Shown: in pieces, positions 28,496 to 39,263 of the stretch | Numbering within the stretch: position 1 is the stretch's first letter | Layout of the letters: each line of letters begins with the position of its first letter | Source: Bacillota bacterium | Lineage (GTDB): Bacteria > Bacillota > Clostridia > UBA1381 > UMGS1253 | Assembly (NCBI GenBank): GCA_022706785.1 | Contig: JAKJBW010000008.1 | Coordinates: forward strand, 19,826 to 83,825 | Direction of reading: 5' to 3' | Length of the DNA: 64,000 bases | Program-made: the position numbers and the translations under genes | Notes under the pieces: generated by a model | Told to the model about the DNA's origin: nothing | Seen by the model: only the letters and a program-made list of their open reading frames with translations | Databases searched by the model: none

Positions 28496-28919
28496 TGCCA
28501 GGTATCACATATATTCCGAGCAGACTGCCGACGGCGAGACAATGCGGATGGAAATGGCGGGAGACTGCAATTTTTATCGGCAGGACGGAACATACTATAT
28601 TGAATATCAGGAAGACGACCCTGAGCACAGCTCAGGCTGCACCACACAGATCGAGGTGGGTGAGGAGCTGGTCAAGGTAGGGCGGACAGGCCCTACCTTG
28701 AACACCGAGCTGCGCTATCAGGCGGGCAGGACACACAGCTGCGCCTATGAGCTTGAATTCGGGACTATTGTCATGGAAAGCACAGCGCAGTCTGTGGATG
28801 CGGCGTTTACCGAAACCGGGGGCAGGTTAAGCCTGTGCTATCTTTTGGATATAGGCGGTACAAAATCACAGAATCATTTAACAATAGAGGTAAAGACAAA
28901 GGAGGCAGAAAATGTCTGA
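28476..28919 (+). CDS. DUF1934 (YwiB-like) beta-barrel protein
   Basis: A small protein directly upstream of and overlapping argS, the conserved Firmicute ywiB-argS arrangement. The TTG start overlaps the murI end. Confidence 0.65.
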   Translation: MILKNTNARYHIYSEQTADGETMRMEMAGDCNFYRQDGTYYIEYQEDDPEHSSGCTTQIEVGEELVKVGRTGPTLNTELRYQAGRTHSCAYELEFGTIVMESTAQSVDAAFTETGGRLSLCYLLDIGGTKSQNHLTIEVKTKEAENV

Positions 28920-30609
28920 AACAATTATCGAAAAGGTTAAACTGCAGCTCACTGACGCGCTTTTAAAAGCGCTCAAAACCGCGCAGGAAAAAGGAGAGCT
29001 TACCGAAGCGGCCGATGTGAGCGTTAATATAGAACAGCCGCGAGATAAAAATCACGGGGACTATTCGTCTAACCTTGCCATGGTATTGGCGCGTGGACAG
29101 AAAAAAGCGCCGCGCATGGTTGCGGACACGCTCATACGCTGTCTGGACACGTCGGGGACTTGTATCAGCAGGTGTGAGGTAGCCGGCGCCGGTTTTATTA
29201 ATTTTTATTTGGACAAGTCCTGGCTTTACCCTGTCATAGCGGCTATCCAAGCGCAGGGCGGCGCTTACGGCAAATCCGACATGGGCAAGGGCAAAAAATA
29301 CATGGTGGAGTTTGTTTCCGCAAACCCTACAGGCCCTATGCATATGGGGAACGCCAGGGGCGGCGCGCTTGGTGATTGTCTGGCCGAGCTTTTACGCTGG
29401 GCGGGCTATGACGTGACGCGTGAGTTCTACGTTAACGATGCCGGAAACCAGATCGAGAAATTCGCAAATTCGCTTGAGGCAAGGTATTTGCAGATTTATC
29501 TCGGAGAGGACGCGGTCGCTTTTCCCGAGGACGGGTATCAGGGCGCAGATATTACGCAGCACGCCGGCGATTTTGCGCAGATTTATAAAGACAAATATGT
29601 CGGCACGGATACCGCAGAGCGCAAGGAAGCGCTTGTGCGCTATGCGCTTGAAAAGAATGTGGCGGCGCTGAAAAAAGACCTTGGCACTTACCGTATAAAC
29701 TTTGACGTGTGGTTCAGGGAGAGCAGTCTGTATGAATCCGGTGAGGTAGCGCAGACCATAGAAATTTTCAAGAACAATGGTCATACTTACGAGAAGGACG
29801 GGGCGCTTTGGTTTCGTGCCACAGATTTCGGGGAAGAAAAGGATGAAGTCTTGATACGCGCAAACGGAATCCCAACCTATTTTGCCGCCGATGTGGCGTA
29901 CCATCGCAACAAGATTCTTGCGCGCGGCTTTGATAAGGTGATAGACATATGGGGAGCCGACCATTACGGGCATGTGGCGCGTATGAAGGGCGCACTGAAG
30001 GCTGTTGGGATTGATCCGGAAAAACTCGACGTCATCATTGTCCAGCTTGTCCGGCTTATCAGTGCCGGCGAGGTTGTGCGTATGAGTAAGCGCACCGGTA
30101 AGGCGGTTACGCTTAATGATTTGTTAGATGAAGTGAGTATAGACGCCGCGCGGTTTTTCTTCAACCTGCGGCAATCGGACAGCCATCTTGACTTTGACCT
30201 TGACCTGGCCGTGGAGCAGTCCAGCGAGAATCCGGTCTACTATGTGCAGTATGCGCACGCACGCATATGCAGTATTCTTGCATTGTTGGAAAGCGAGGGT
30301 GTGAGCGTGCCGGATGCGGCGCATTTAAGGCTTGATTTGCTGGGCGAGCCCCAGGAGCTTGAGCTGCTTGCCAAACTGGCCGAGCTTCCGGATGAGGTTA
30401 AAGCGGCGGCGCTGTCGTATGAGCCGTGCCGGCTGACACGCTACTGCATAGACCTTGCCGCGTTGTTTCATTCGTTCTATACGGCGTGCCGTGTGCGCTG
30501 CGAGGACAAGGATCTGACGGCGGTCAGGCTTAAGCTTTGCGACTGCGTGCGTATGGTGCTGGCCAATGTTTTGGCCATGCTTTCCATCACAGCGCCGGAG
30601 AGAATGTAA
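28912..30609 (+). CDS. argS: arginine--tRNA ligase
   Basis: A 565-aa protein with a class I HIGH-like motif (ANPTGPMHMGNARG), an MSKRTG (KMSKS-like) motif and a C-terminal DALR domain. Confidence 0.95.
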   Translation: MSETIIEKVKLQLTDALLKALKTAQEKGELTEAADVSVNIEQPRDKNHGDYSSNLAMVLARGQKKAPRMVADTLIRCLDTSGTCISRCEVAGAGFINFYLDKSWLYPVIAAIQAQGGAYGKSDMGKGKKYMVEFVSANPTGPMHMGNARGGALGDCLAELLRWAGYDVTREFYVNDAGNQIEKFANSLEARYLQIYLGEDAVAFPEDGYQGADITQHAGDFAQIYKDKYVGTDTAERKEALVRYALEKNVAALKKDLGTYRINFDVWFRESSLYESGEVAQTIEIFKNNGHTYEKDGALWFRATDFGEEKDEVLIRANGIPTYFAADVAYHRNKILARGFDKVIDIWGADHYGHVARMKGALKAVGIDPEKLDVIIVQLVRLISAGEVVRMSKRTGKAVTLNDLLDEVSIDAARFFFNLRQSDSHLDFDLDLAVEQSSENPVYYVQYAHARICSILALLESEGVSVPDAAHLRLDLLGEPQELELLAKLAELPDEVKAAALSYEPCRLTRYCIDLAALFHSFYTACRVRCEDKDLTAVRLKLCDCVRMVLANVLAMLSITAPERM

Positions 30610-30703
30610 CATATGCTTTAGCGGCATGCTTGTTTGAGGCTTTGGTCAAATAATTTATCCTATATAAAAATGCCGCGTATAACGGCGGGAATGGGGAATA
30701 GTT

Positions 30704-32161
30704 ATGAGTTTTGCAAAGAGATTGACGGCAGTTGTTTTATCGGCGCTTTTGTTATTCACCGCCCCTGCGCTGGCCAGTGATAATAAAGCGCTGCAGCAGT
30801 CCAATTCGGCTTATATTTTCAGCCAAATAACCGATTTTGTTATGGATTTTTATAATTTTGACATAACAAAGGACGAGCTTCTTTCGCGCACCATTCAAAA
30901 TCTGCTCAATACAAACCCAAAGGCGCTGGACGACTTTACGCGTGCACTGCTTAACAGCCTGGATGAATACTCCCAGTTTTATACGCCTGAGGAGTGGGAA
31001 GCTTTCCAAAATCAGTTGGAAGGGGTTTTTGGGGGCATTGGCGTCCAGATTTCAACGCATGGAAATGATGTTACCGTAATTTCTGTGGTGAGTTATTCGC
31101 CCGCCCAGAAAGCGGGTATCAAGTCCGGCGACCGCATCATTGAAGTGAACGGTGAGAGCGTGATCGGGATAGACCACAATGCCGTATCGCAAAAAATAAA
31201 GGGCGATATCGGAACAACGGTACAGATTAAGGTTATGCGCGACGGGCAGGCGCTTTCTTTTGATATCGTCAGGGCCGAGATAAAAAATCCGACCGTAGCG
31301 TATAAGGTCGTCGCTCCGGGCGTGGGCTACATACAGCTTAAGACATTCAACAGCTCTACGGTGGAGGAGTTTAATTCCGCACTGTCGGCGCTGGATTCTA
31401 AGGGTGTTAAGAAAATTATTCTTGATTTAAGATACAATCCCGGCGGGTATATGGAGGTTGCGGTGGATATCGCCAAAAAGCTTGTGCCGGCGGGCAAGAT
31501 TGTGACTGCGTCATATAAGCATGAAGATAAAAAGGAAAGTTACAGCTCAAACCTTTCAAAGCCTAAATATGAGCTGCTTGTGCTTGTGAATGAATATACG
31601 GCAAGCGCCGCGGAAATCCTGTCAAGCGCCATACAGGAATCCAAGGCGGGTAAGCTTATCGGGGAGAGGACTTACGGCAAGGCTGTCATTCAGCAGACGT
31701 TTCCGCTCTATTCAGGCCCTGATGGTACCCGTTGGTGCAAAATTACAGTAGGGACTTATCTGACACGGGGTGGCAACCAGATAAATAAGATCGGTATTGT
31801 TCCCGATTACAGCATAAGGAACAGAACAGTCAAATATGACGATGTCGAGAAAGAAAAAATGGTGTATTCACAGAAGTATGCGCTGGGCGATGCGGGCAAA
31901 GGCATTCTTGCGGCTAAGCAGAGATTGTCCGTTTTGGGCTACGATGTTGGCGATGCGGATGAACGCTTTACAGAGGAAATGCAAACGGCTGTCGCGCAGT
32001 TTCAGGCGGATTACAAGCTGTTCCCATATGGGGTGCTTGACCTCAACACACAAATTCTTCTGGAAAATGTGGCTTGCGAAAAGGATGTCGTTTTAGATGA
32101 ACAGATGGACACGGCGCTTGAATTGTTTGGCGTAAAGACGAACGGGAACACGCTCGAATAG
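30704..32161 (+). CDS. S41 C-terminal processing peptidase with PDZ and a C-terminal peptidoglycan-binding domain
   Basis: Has a signal peptide, a PDZ domain (GIKSGDRIIEVNG), the LDLRYNPGGY and TASAAEILSSA motifs, and a PG_binding_1-like tail (LSVLGYDVG...FQADYKLFPYGVLD). Confidence 0.88.
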   Translation: MSFAKRLTAVVLSALLLFTAPALASDNKALQQSNSAYIFSQITDFVMDFYNFDITKDELLSRTIQNLLNTNPKALDDFTRALLNSLDEYSQFYTPEEWEAFQNQLEGVFGGIGVQISTHGNDVTVISVVSYSPAQKAGIKSGDRIIEVNGESVIGIDHNAVSQKIKGDIGTTVQIKVMRDGQALSFDIVRAEIKNPTVAYKVVAPGVGYIQLKTFNSSTVEEFNSALSALDSKGVKKIILDLRYNPGGYMEVAVDIAKKLVPAGKIVTASYKHEDKKESYSSNLSKPKYELLVLVNEYTASAAEILSSAIQESKAGKLIGERTYGKAVIQQTFPLYSGPDGTRWCKITVGTYLTRGGNQINKIGIVPDYSIRNRTVKYDDVEKEKMVYSQKYALGDAGKGILAAKQRLSVLGYDVGDADERFTEEMQTAVAQFQADYKLFPYGVLDLNTQILLENVACEKDVVLDEQMDTALELFGVKTNGNTLE

Positions 32162-32204
32162 TGTAGAAGAGCTCTTGGACATGATATGAAAACCGAATGA
32201 ATAT

Positions 32205-32245
32205 AAACAGAGTCGCCTATGCGCGCGTGCGGCTCTGTTTATATA
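32205..32245 (+). terminator. candidate intrinsic terminator after the S41 peptidase gene
   Basis: AAACAGAGTCGC / GCGGCTCTGTTT forms a 12-bp stem with one G-U pair, followed by a T/A-alternating tract rather than a pure T-run. Confidence 0.5.
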
Positions 32246-32394
32246 TATATATGTATATATGCAAAACAAACGATCAAACTGTATCAGCGCCGGATTTGGC
32301 AGGTTTTGTCCACAAATATCATAATTGACTTGAAAGGGGTGTTTCCTTCTGATATAATATCAGATATATCAGCTGAAAAGAAGGAGAACACAAT

Positions 32395-33690
32395 ATGCAA
32401 AAGCGTGCCGTTTCAGTGCTGGTGACGGTGCTGATACTAATCAATATATATACGCCCGGTGCGTTTGCCCAGCCCCAGCCCCAGATCAAGTCTGAAGCGG
32501 CAATTCTGACAGACAGTAAAACGGGCAGGGTTATCTATGAAAAAAACGCGGACAAACGCTTATATCCCGCCAGTACCACAAAGATCATGTCGGCGATTCT
32601 TGTTCTGGATAAGCTGAATTTGTCGGATGTTGTGGTGGCAAGCAGGGAAGCGGTTATGTCTATTCCGCTTGGCGGCAGCAATATGGGTATTATGGAGGGC
32701 GAGCAGCTTACGGTGGAGCAGCTCCTATACGGTATGCTGGTGGCGTCCGCCAACGAGGCCTGCAATGTGATTGCCGAATACATGTGCGGCAGCGTGGATG
32801 AGTTTGTGGTGCAGATGAACCAAAAAGCGCAGGAGCTCGGCATGAGCAATACAAAGTTTTTGAATCCGCACGGACTGCATTCGCCCGAACACTATACAAC
32901 CGCACGTGATATGGTTGTTCTGGCAAGGTATGCGATGAAAAACGAAAAATTCCGCCAGGTCGTTTCGACTGCGCAATATATGATAGAGCCGACAAACAAG
33001 TATACCAAACAGCGCAATCTGGTCAACACCAATTATCTGGTAAGCTCCACACAAAATGCTTCCTATTATTATCCCAAGGCTACCGGTATCAAAACGGGAT
33101 ACACTTCCCAGGCGGGCAACTGCCTTGTGTCATCCGCCAGCAATGTGGGCGTGGAGCTTATCGCCGTTACGCTTAATGCAGCGCCCCAGACAGGCGCCAT
33201 CTATTCTTTTGTCGATTCTAAAGCGTTGTTTGAGTATGGATTCCGCAGCTATGAGAATAAAATATTGGTAAAGGAAAATGAAACCGTTACGGAGGCGAAG
33301 GTAGCCGAAGGCCTAGATAATGATTTTGTCATACTGACTGCAAAAAATGATTTTGAGGCGCTTTTGCCTGTTGAGGCCGGTGCTGATGCTATTGCCAAAA
33401 CAGTGACGCTGGCAGATAAAATAGCGGCGCCCATTACCAAAGGACAGACGTTGGGCCGGATTTCCTACAGCTATGACGGCTATGCGCTTGGCGAGGTTGA
33501 GCTGGTGGCCAACATGGACATCAAGCGTGATTTGTTTATGTTTATTATGAACAGGATATTCGGGTTCTTCAATGCGCCTGCCGTAAAGATTCCAATGATT
33601 ATTTTAATCCTTATTTTTGCGGCGCTTTATATTCTGCGCAGAATTAAGCGGCGCAGGCGCAGGCGGTATTTACGTTCCAAAAGATATTAG
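32395..33690 (+). CDS. D-alanyl-D-alanine carboxypeptidase (S11, PBP5-type) with a C-terminal membrane anchor
   Basis: Has a signal peptide, SxxK (PASTTKIM), SAN (VASANEA), KTGYT, and a C-terminal TM segment plus an RRRRRR tail. Confidence 0.9.
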   Translation: MQKRAVSVLVTVLILINIYTPGAFAQPQPQIKSEAAILTDSKTGRVIYEKNADKRLYPASTTKIMSAILVLDKLNLSDVVVASREAVMSIPLGGSNMGIMEGEQLTVEQLLYGMLVASANEACNVIAEYMCGSVDEFVVQMNQKAQELGMSNTKFLNPHGLHSPEHYTTARDMVVLARYAMKNEKFRQVVSTAQYMIEPTNKYTKQRNLVNTNYLVSSTQNASYYYPKATGIKTGYTSQAGNCLVSSASNVGVELIAVTLNAAPQTGAIYSFVDSKALFEYGFRSYENKILVKENETVTEAKVAEGLDNDFVILTAKNDFEALLPVEAGADAIAKTVTLADKIAAPITKGQTLGRISYSYDGYALGEVELVANMDIKRDLFMFIMNRIFGFFNAPAVKIPMIILILIFAALYILRRIKRRRRRRYLRSKRY

Positions 33691-33712
33691 GTTAAAATAT
33701 CATGACATACAG

Positions 33713-33740
33713 CCGTCCGGGTTATCCGGGCGGTTTTTTG
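33713..33740 (+). terminator. intrinsic terminator after the DD-carboxypeptidase gene
   Basis: CCGTCCGG-GTTAT-CCGGGCGG followed by TTTTTT. Confidence 0.75.
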
Positions 33741-33801
33741 TGTTGTAAAATGAAGGGGCCCTTGTATTTGCCGCCGAAAAATTTTTTCTAAAAACGAAGC
33801 G

Positions 33802-35040
33802 CTATTTTATTTCTTTCAATACGGCGCCTATGGCTCTGCCGGCATATTTGGCGGCTGCGCAGGCTTCGGCAAGCGTATTTCCGTCGGTGCCCACCTCCAG
33901 GATCATAGAGCCCGGCGTTGCGTGCTGGTTATAGCGTTCCTTAACGAGGTCAAGCGGTCGGGCAAGGTGGGGATAATCCCTGGTGATCCTGTCCTGGATA
34001 CGCATGCCAAGCTTTAGGTTTTCCATCCAGTTATCGTGCTTCAGCCCGCCTTCACTGGTGCCCATCACAAGCATGACCTGCGCGGCTTTTTCGCCGTTGA
34101 TGTCTGTACACACCTTGAGCTTGGTGCCGTCGTCCTTAGACATTCCGTCCCGGTGCACGTCAATGACCATCTGAATGGAAGGGTATTTTTTAAGATACCC
34201 CTCAATGATGCCAAGGGTCTTTTTGTACGAACCGCTATAAGACGGATAATCGTTGATGGTGGTATCATGTATGACGTTGATACCGGCATTTTTTAACTGT
34301 GCCGCCAGCTCGTCGCCAACCTTGACCACACTTTTGCTCTTATCCTGCGTTCGTGTGCTGTCGCCGGAGGTGTAATAATCCTGACCGGGCGGCGTATAGC
34401 TTTCGGTTGTGTGGGTATGGACAATCAGCACAAGCGGTTTTCCTTTTTCCGGCTTGACAGATAGGGGAGATTTTAACACCTGGGCAATGTTGACGTCAAA
34501 GCCGGTGTGGTTGTTGATGTATAGTTCTTTGTTGGCGCCGTCGGTGTTTTGCGTTCCGCCCATGATCTGGCACACCTCAACAATGGGATGGGTGGCGGTG
34601 TCGGGTTGTTCGGAGGGCGTGCTTGCCGGCGATGCGGGTTCGGGCTGTGCTTTTGCAGATACCTTTGCGGCTGTTTGGACGGTATCTTCAAAAATTTTTG
34701 TCTGTGCCTCGGCGACCATAGCGAGCTGGCCGCCGAGCACGGTATATGGCTTTGAAGGGTCAAATCCAAAAATGGTGGAAAATATGTTAAGCGACAGCGC
34801 TTTTTTATATTCTTTTCCGTTTTGCACGCAAGGCATGACGTTATAGATGCTTGATTTATACAAATATTCCGACAAGGGTGCTGAAATCATCTTGCCAAAA
34901 AAGGATGACAATGGTGCGGTAAGCATAAACAGAGCTATTCCTGCGCAAAACATGATCAGGGTTAGAAGCACTGCGGGCTTGCTGATAACGATGGTCTTTG
35001 AACGGAATTTCCGCTTTCTTTTTCGTGTCATTTGGGGCAT
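33802..35040 (-). CDS. spoIIP: stage II sporulation protein P
   Basis: Has an N-terminal TM segment and the VLIVHTHTTESY and IDVHRDG motifs typical of SpoIIP amidase/endopeptidase. Confidence 0.88.
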   Translation of the reverse strand: MPQMTRKRKRKFRSKTIVISKPAVLLTLIMFCAGIALFMLTAPLSSFFGKMISAPLSEYLYKSSIYNVMPCVQNGKEYKKALSLNIFSTIFGFDPSKPYTVLGGQLAMVAEAQTKIFEDTVQTAAKVSAKAQPEPASPASTPSEQPDTATHPIVEVCQIMGGTQNTDGANKELYINNHTGFDVNIAQVLKSPLSVKPEKGKPLVLIVHTHTTESYTPPGQDYYTSGDSTRTQDKSKSVVKVGDELAAQLKNAGINVIHDTTINDYPSYSGSYKKTLGIIEGYLKKYPSIQMVIDVHRDGMSKDDGTKLKVCTDINGEKAAQVMLVMGTSEGGLKHDNWMENLKLGMRIQDRITRDYPHLARPLDLVKERYNQHATPGSMILEVGTDGNTLAEACAAAKYAGRAIGAVLKEIK

Positions 35041-35316
35041 CTCCTTTGTCGGTGCGTTTAATTATGATAGGGTACAACAAAAAAATCAATTCAGTCTTGC
35101 TGCCGGGTTTAAAAAATCAAAACAACAATACGTCCAAGCTGTTATTCTAATACATATTCAAAAAAACGCGTGCGTATGCTGTATCGGATTGACCTTAATG
35201 CATAAATACAAGCGTGTCTGCCCATAATAATAACTACCATTCATCTCTAAAAACCGGCGGTTTTATTTTTTTTGTGCCGCCGTTTTAAATTTGATGCTTA
35301 GGAAAGGAAGAGATAA

Positions 35317-37752
35317 ATGAAAGCAATTATTATGGCAGGCGGTGAGGGAAGCCGACTGCGTCCTCTCACGTGCAATCGTCCGAAGCCCATGGTCAGGATA
35401 TTGGACAAACCTGTTATGCAATATTCAATAGAGCTTTTAAAAAAGCATGGCATTACCGATATCGGTGTGACGCTGCAATACCTGCCCGAACAGATACGCC
35501 AGCATTTCGGAGATGGCAGCGAGTATGGCGTAAATTTGCGCTACTTTACCGAGGAGTCGCCGCTTGGCACGGCGGGAAGCGTTAAAAATGCGCAGGATTT
35601 TTTGGATGAAACGTTTATTGTCATAAGCGGCGATGCCTTAACAGACATAGATTTAAGTGCTGCAATTGACTTCCATCGTCAGAAAAACGCGCTTGCCACG
35701 CTGGTATTGAGCAAGGTCGACAGGCCGCTTGAATACGGCGTGGTCGTTACCGATAATCAGGGGAACATCACACGCTTTCTGGAAAAACCGGGCTGGAGCG
35801 AGGTTTTCAGCGACACGGTGAACACAGGCATTTATATTCTGCAGCCTGACGCGTTATCGTTTTTCGAAGCGGGACAATTTTTCGATTTTGCAAAGGATTT
35901 ATTCCCCATACTGCTTGAGCAGAAGAAGACGATGGTGGGGTATATCGCCAAGGGGTATTGGTGCGACATAGGCGATATCTCCGCTTATATGACCTGCCAG
36001 TACGACATTCTTGATAACAAGGTAAATGTTGCGCTTGATTCAAGGCAGATTTCACCCGGCGTATGGATAGGACAGAATGTCCGCATCAGCCCGTCGGCCA
36101 AGCTGTTTGCCCCCGTTTATATCGGTGATGGCGTATCTATTGGCGACCACGCCCAGATCGAGCACTACTCTGTTGTATGCTCGGACGCTTATATAGGCGC
36201 TCACGGCAGCCTGAAACGGGCCGTCATATCACGAGGCTGCCATCTGGGACAAGCCTGCCAGATACGCGGCTGTATCCTGTGCGACAAGGTGGTAACAGGG
36301 CAGGCGTCGTCGGTATTTGAGCAGGCTGTGGTAGGCGATGCCTGCGTCATAGGCGATAACGCCATCATCAAGCCTGCCATAAAGCTTTGGCCGCAAAAGG
36401 CAGTGGAGCCGTGCGCAGAAGTTAATGTCAATATGATATGGGGGAGCAGACACAGCAAAACGCTGTTTGGAGACAGGGGAATTGCGGGTGAAATCAATGT
36501 GGATATCACACCGGAGTTTGCGTCCAGAATGGGTGCGTGCTTTGGCGCCGTAAATAAAGGCGGACGCATTGCGGTCAGCCGCGGGTCGGACGCAAGCGCC
36601 GCCATGCTCCAAAATTCGGTTATGGCAGGACTTTTATCAACGGGATGTGAGGTGTATGATTTTGGTGTAGCGCTTCTTCCCGCAACGCGTTCCGCCATTA
36701 AGTTTTACGATTTAAGCGGCGGTCTGCACATTTCCGCCGTGAAGCAAGAGGGGAACTATCAGGTTAAAATCAGCTTTCTGGACAAGCACGGCGCCAACAT
36801 TGACCGTGCGACGGAACGCAAGATGGAAAACCTTTTTGAGCGTGAGGATTTTGCGCGCTGTGAGGGTGAGGATATCAAGGGAATTGTCAATCTCTATAAT
36901 TACAAGCATTTTTACCTCCGCGATATGTTAAGCAAGCTCAAAAACGAGCATCTGAACTATAAACTGCTTGTCAATGTGAACAGCAGAACGGCGGATACGC
37001 TTATAAGGCAGGCGGCCGAGGAGCTTGGCTGTGAGCTGCTGGTGACCAATATGCAGATCGCTTATGCGGGCGATGGGGACTTGCAAAGCCTGTCTAAGGC
37101 GGTGGTCGACAGCGGCTTTAACCTGGGAGCGGTATTTGATTCGGATTGTGAAAAGCTGATGCTGATCGATGATCGCGGCAGGATAGTGGCCGACGAGCTG
37201 TTTGCGGTGCTGGCGTCACTCATATGCCTGCAGAGCAAAGAGGGGACGACGGTTGTGGTACCGGTATCGGCGCCGGGCGTTGTGGAAAAGCTGGCGCAGG
37301 AGTACAAGGGTACGGTGATCCGTACCAAAACCATATATGCCGAGATTATGGGCCAGCTGATCAAAAACAGTGCCGATGAGCAGTTTTTGATGAACTTTGA
37401 CGCTATCGGCGCTGTTATCAAGGTGATGGATTATATGAAAGAAACCGGTAAAAGTCTTTCGAGTTTGGTGGATTCGGTCGGGCAGTTTTACATCGAAAGA
37501 CGTGAGGTCTCGTGCCCGTCTGAGGCAAAGGGAAGTGTTATCCGCTCAATCATGGAGGAGGCTTCTGCCGGAAAGGTTGACACCACGGACGGCGTAAAAG
37601 TCTTTTCAGATAATGGCTGGGTTTTGATTTTGCCGGATGCTACGCGGCCTGTGTGCAAGATAATCGCAGAAGGCTACAATGAGGAGTTTGCGTCTGAACT
37701 GGCAGACATCTACGCAAAGAAAGTGGATAAGCTTGGTCAGAACCGCGGGTAG
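35317..37752 (+). CDS. fusion of a sugar-1-phosphate nucleotidyltransferase (with LbH domain) and a phosphomannomutase/phosphoglucomutase-like domain
   Basis: [25 protein letters not shown] is the NTP_transferase signature. It is followed by hexapeptide-repeat and PGM/PMM-like domains, for 811 aa in total. Confidence 0.8.
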   Translation: MKAIIMAGGEGSRLRPLTCNRPKPMVRILDKPVMQYSIELLKKHGITDIGVTLQYLPEQIRQHFGDGSEYGVNLRYFTEESPLGTAGSVKNAQDFLDETFIVISGDALTDIDLSAAIDFHRQKNALATLVLSKVDRPLEYGVVVTDNQGNITRFLEKPGWSEVFSDTVNTGIYILQPDALSFFEAGQFFDFAKDLFPILLEQKKTMVGYIAKGYWCDIGDISAYMTCQYDILDNKVNVALDSRQISPGVWIGQNVRISPSAKLFAPVYIGDGVSIGDHAQIEHYSVVCSDAYIGAHGSLKRAVISRGCHLGQACQIRGCILCDKVVTGQASSVFEQAVVGDACVIGDNAIIKPAIKLWPQKAVEPCAEVNVNMIWGSRHSKTLFGDRGIAGEINVDITPEFASRMGACFGAVNKGGRIAVSRGSDASAAMLQNSVMAGLLSTGCEVYDFGVALLPATRSAIKFYDLSGGLHISAVKQEGNYQVKISFLDKHGANIDRATERKMENLFEREDFARCEGEDIKGIVNLYNYKHFYLRDMLSKLKNEHLNYKLLVNVNSRTADTLIRQAAEELGCELLVTNMQIAYAGDGDLQSLSKAVVDSGFNLGAVFDSDCEKLMLIDDRGRIVADELFAVLASLICLQSKEGTTVVVPVSAPGVVEKLAQEYKGTVIRTKTIYAEIMGQLIKNSADEQFLMNFDAIGAVIKVMDYMKETGKSLSSLVDSVGQFYIERREVSCPSEAKGSVIRSIMEEASAGKVDTTDGVKVFSDNGWVLILPDATRPVCKIIAEGYNEEFASELADIYAKKVDKLGQNRG

Positions 37753-37798
37753 GGAATAAAAATCGGGTCAAAATACCATATACAAAATGCACAAAAAT

Positions 37799-37838
37799 GC
37801 GGATAAAATTTCGTCATAATTTTATCCGCATTTTTTTA
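37799..37838 (+). terminator. intrinsic terminator after the nucleotidyltransferase/PMM gene
   Basis: GCGGATAAAATT (37799-37810) / AATTTTATCCGC (37818-37829) forms a perfect 12-bp stem followed by ATTTTTTT. Confidence 0.85.
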
Positions 37839-37857
37839 TAAAAAGAACAAAAAAATC

Positions 37858-37886
37858 TTGCAATTTGCGCCGGATTAAGGTAGAAT
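37858..37886 (+). promoter_or_regulatory. candidate sigma-A promoter of the S10 operon
   Basis: TTGCAA (37858-37863), a 17-nt spacer, then TAGAAT (37881-37886), immediately after the upstream terminator. Confidence 0.6.
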
Positions 37887-38080
37887 ATTGAATGTTGTGA
37901 CATGGCATACGATGAAGCGGGAGGTTGCAGACCTTAACTGTCTGGTTTTTCCGTGGAGAATGTCCGATTCTGTGAAATTGGGCGACAAGTCACGCTGCAC
38001 TTTTGCACCCAGGCAGGGCAGGGGTCCTGCTTAGCGGTTCTTTGCAGTCTGCAGGAATTATGCGATAAGGCATAGTTTTG

Positions 38081-38118
38081 CCCAGGTACACTCGCAGAGG
38101 AGTGATCTGGGTTTTATT
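38081..38118 (+). promoter_or_regulatory. terminator-like hairpin inside the S10 operon leader (candidate attenuator)
   Basis: CCCAGGTACACTC (38081-38093) / GAGTGATCTGGG (38100-38111) forms 12 bp with one bulged A and loop GCAGAG, followed by TTTTATT. It lies ~100 nt upstream of the rpsJ ATG. Confidence 0.5.
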
Positions 38119-38220
38119 GCGGGAAGCCAGGAAACACCCGGCAAGGTGTATACGCAAAAGTGTATGCTGTCGTATGTGGAGCAACCGGTTTAACCGAAAT
38201 CAAGTAAGGAGGTAAAGCTT

Positions 38221-38532
38221 ATGGCAGCAACTCAGACAATTAGGATCAGACTCAAGGCGTATGACCACACGCTGCTGGATCAGTCGGCAGACAAAATCGT
38301 GGAAACCGCCAAAAGGACGGGCGCAAAGGTGTCCGGACCCATTCCGCTTCCCACCAAAAAGGAAATCATCACCATTTTGCGTGCGGTGCGCAAGTACAAG
38401 GATTCAAGAGAGCAGTTTGAGATGAGAACACACAAAAGATTGATTGATATCTTGGTTCCCACTCAAAAGACGATAGACGCTCTGATGAAGCTCGATCTGC
38501 CCGCAGGGGTAGATATCGAGATCAAGTTGTAA
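38221..38532 (+). CDS. rpsJ: 30S ribosomal protein S10
   Basis: The protein begins [22 protein letters not shown]... An AAGGAGG RBS is present. It is the first gene of the cluster. Confidence 0.98.
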   Translation: MAATQTIRIRLKAYDHTLLDQSADKIVETAKRTGAKVSGPIPLPTKKEIITILRAVRKYKDSREQFEMRTHKRLIDILVPTQKTIDALMKLDLPAGVDIEIKL

Positions 38533-38605
38533 TGGCTGACCGCCGTTGCAGGTCATGTTTGCAGGGGGTACCTGTAAACCAATAACCGAAATAGGAGGAG
38601 ACAAT

Positions 38606-39235
38606 ATGGAAAAGGCAATTTTGGGAACCAAGCTCGGCATGTCGCAGATTTTCATGGAAGACGGCAGCGTTGTTCCCGTAACCGTTATTGCTGCGGGGCC
38701 GTGTGTAGTTGTGCAGAAAAAGACGGTAGAGACAGACGGCTATGCATCTGTTCAGCTGGGTTTTGGCGCTGTTCGGGAAAAGTCCGTGAACAAGCCTGAA
38801 AAAGGCCATTTTGCAAAGGCGGATGTCGCGCTCAAAAAGTATCTAAGAGAATTCAGGCTGGAAAATGCCGACCAGATGAATGTCGGTGACGAGATCAAGG
38901 CTGACGTTTTTGCAGAGGGCGACAGGGTTGACGTTGTGGGCATCAGCAAGGGCAAGGGCTTCCAGGGCTCAATCAAGCGCTGGGGTCAGCACAGAGGGCC
39001 TATGGCTCACGGTTCGGGATACCACAGGGGTTCCGGTTCAATGGGCGCCTGCTCAACACCTTCCAAGGTCAGAAAAGGCAAGCACCTGCCGGGGCATATG
39101 GGCGCTGAAAGGGTTACCGTTCAAAATCTCGGCGTTGTGAAGATAGACTTAGAAAACAATCTCCTTTGCGTAAAGGGAGCGATCCCCGGCGCGAAGGGCA
39201 GTTTGGTTATGATAAAGAATACGGTGAAGGCATAA
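38606..39235 (+). CDS. rplC: 50S ribosomal protein L3
   Basis: Begins [16 protein letters not shown]. The start was trimmed to ATG 38606 after AGGAGGAG. Confidence 0.97.
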   Translation: MEKAILGTKLGMSQIFMEDGSVVPVTVIAAGPCVVVQKKTVETDGYASVQLGFGAVREKSVNKPEKGHFAKADVALKKYLREFRLENADQMNVGDEIKADVFAEGDRVDVVGISKGKGFQGSIKRWGQHRGPMAHGSGYHRGSGSMGACSTPSKVRKGKHLPGHMGAERVTVQNLGVVKIDLENNLLCVKGAIPGAKGSLVMIKNTVKA

Positions 39236-39263
39236 ATACTGTTTGGAGAAAGGAGGCTACACA

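Noticed and set aside
32239-32262. A short TA-rich microsatellite-like tract (TATATATATATATGTATATATG).
   Set aside because: It is short and is part of the U/A-rich tail of the terminator after the S41 peptidase gene. There is no sign of phase-variable placement within a promoter spacer or a CDS.
35255-35295. A GC hairpin (CGGCGG...CCGCCG) with a T-run, 30 nt upstream of the nucleotidyltransferase/PMM gene, considered as a possible leader attenuator.
   Set aside because: The stem is only 6 bp with a 16-nt U-rich loop. I could not find a credible promoter upstream of it in the divergent spoIIP spacer, so its presence in a transcript is unsupported.
37990-38184. A 64-aa minus-strand ORF and several short plus-strand ORFs inside the S10 leader.
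   Set aside because: They have no RBS, and the minus-strand ORF is antisense to the operon leader. The region is better explained as structured 5' UTR.
38546-38605. N-terminal extensions in the ORF track for rplC (38546), rplD (39243), rpsS (41079), rpsC (41761), rplP (42366), rplN (43362), rpsH (44917), tmcAL (1041), gpsA (3375), DUF512 (6910), pyrE (6991) and hemZ (19088).
   Set aside because: In every case a downstream ATG, GTG or TTG sits 5-10 nt after a GGAGG-type RBS and reproduces the canonical family N-terminus. The extensions overlap the preceding gene or the RBS itself.
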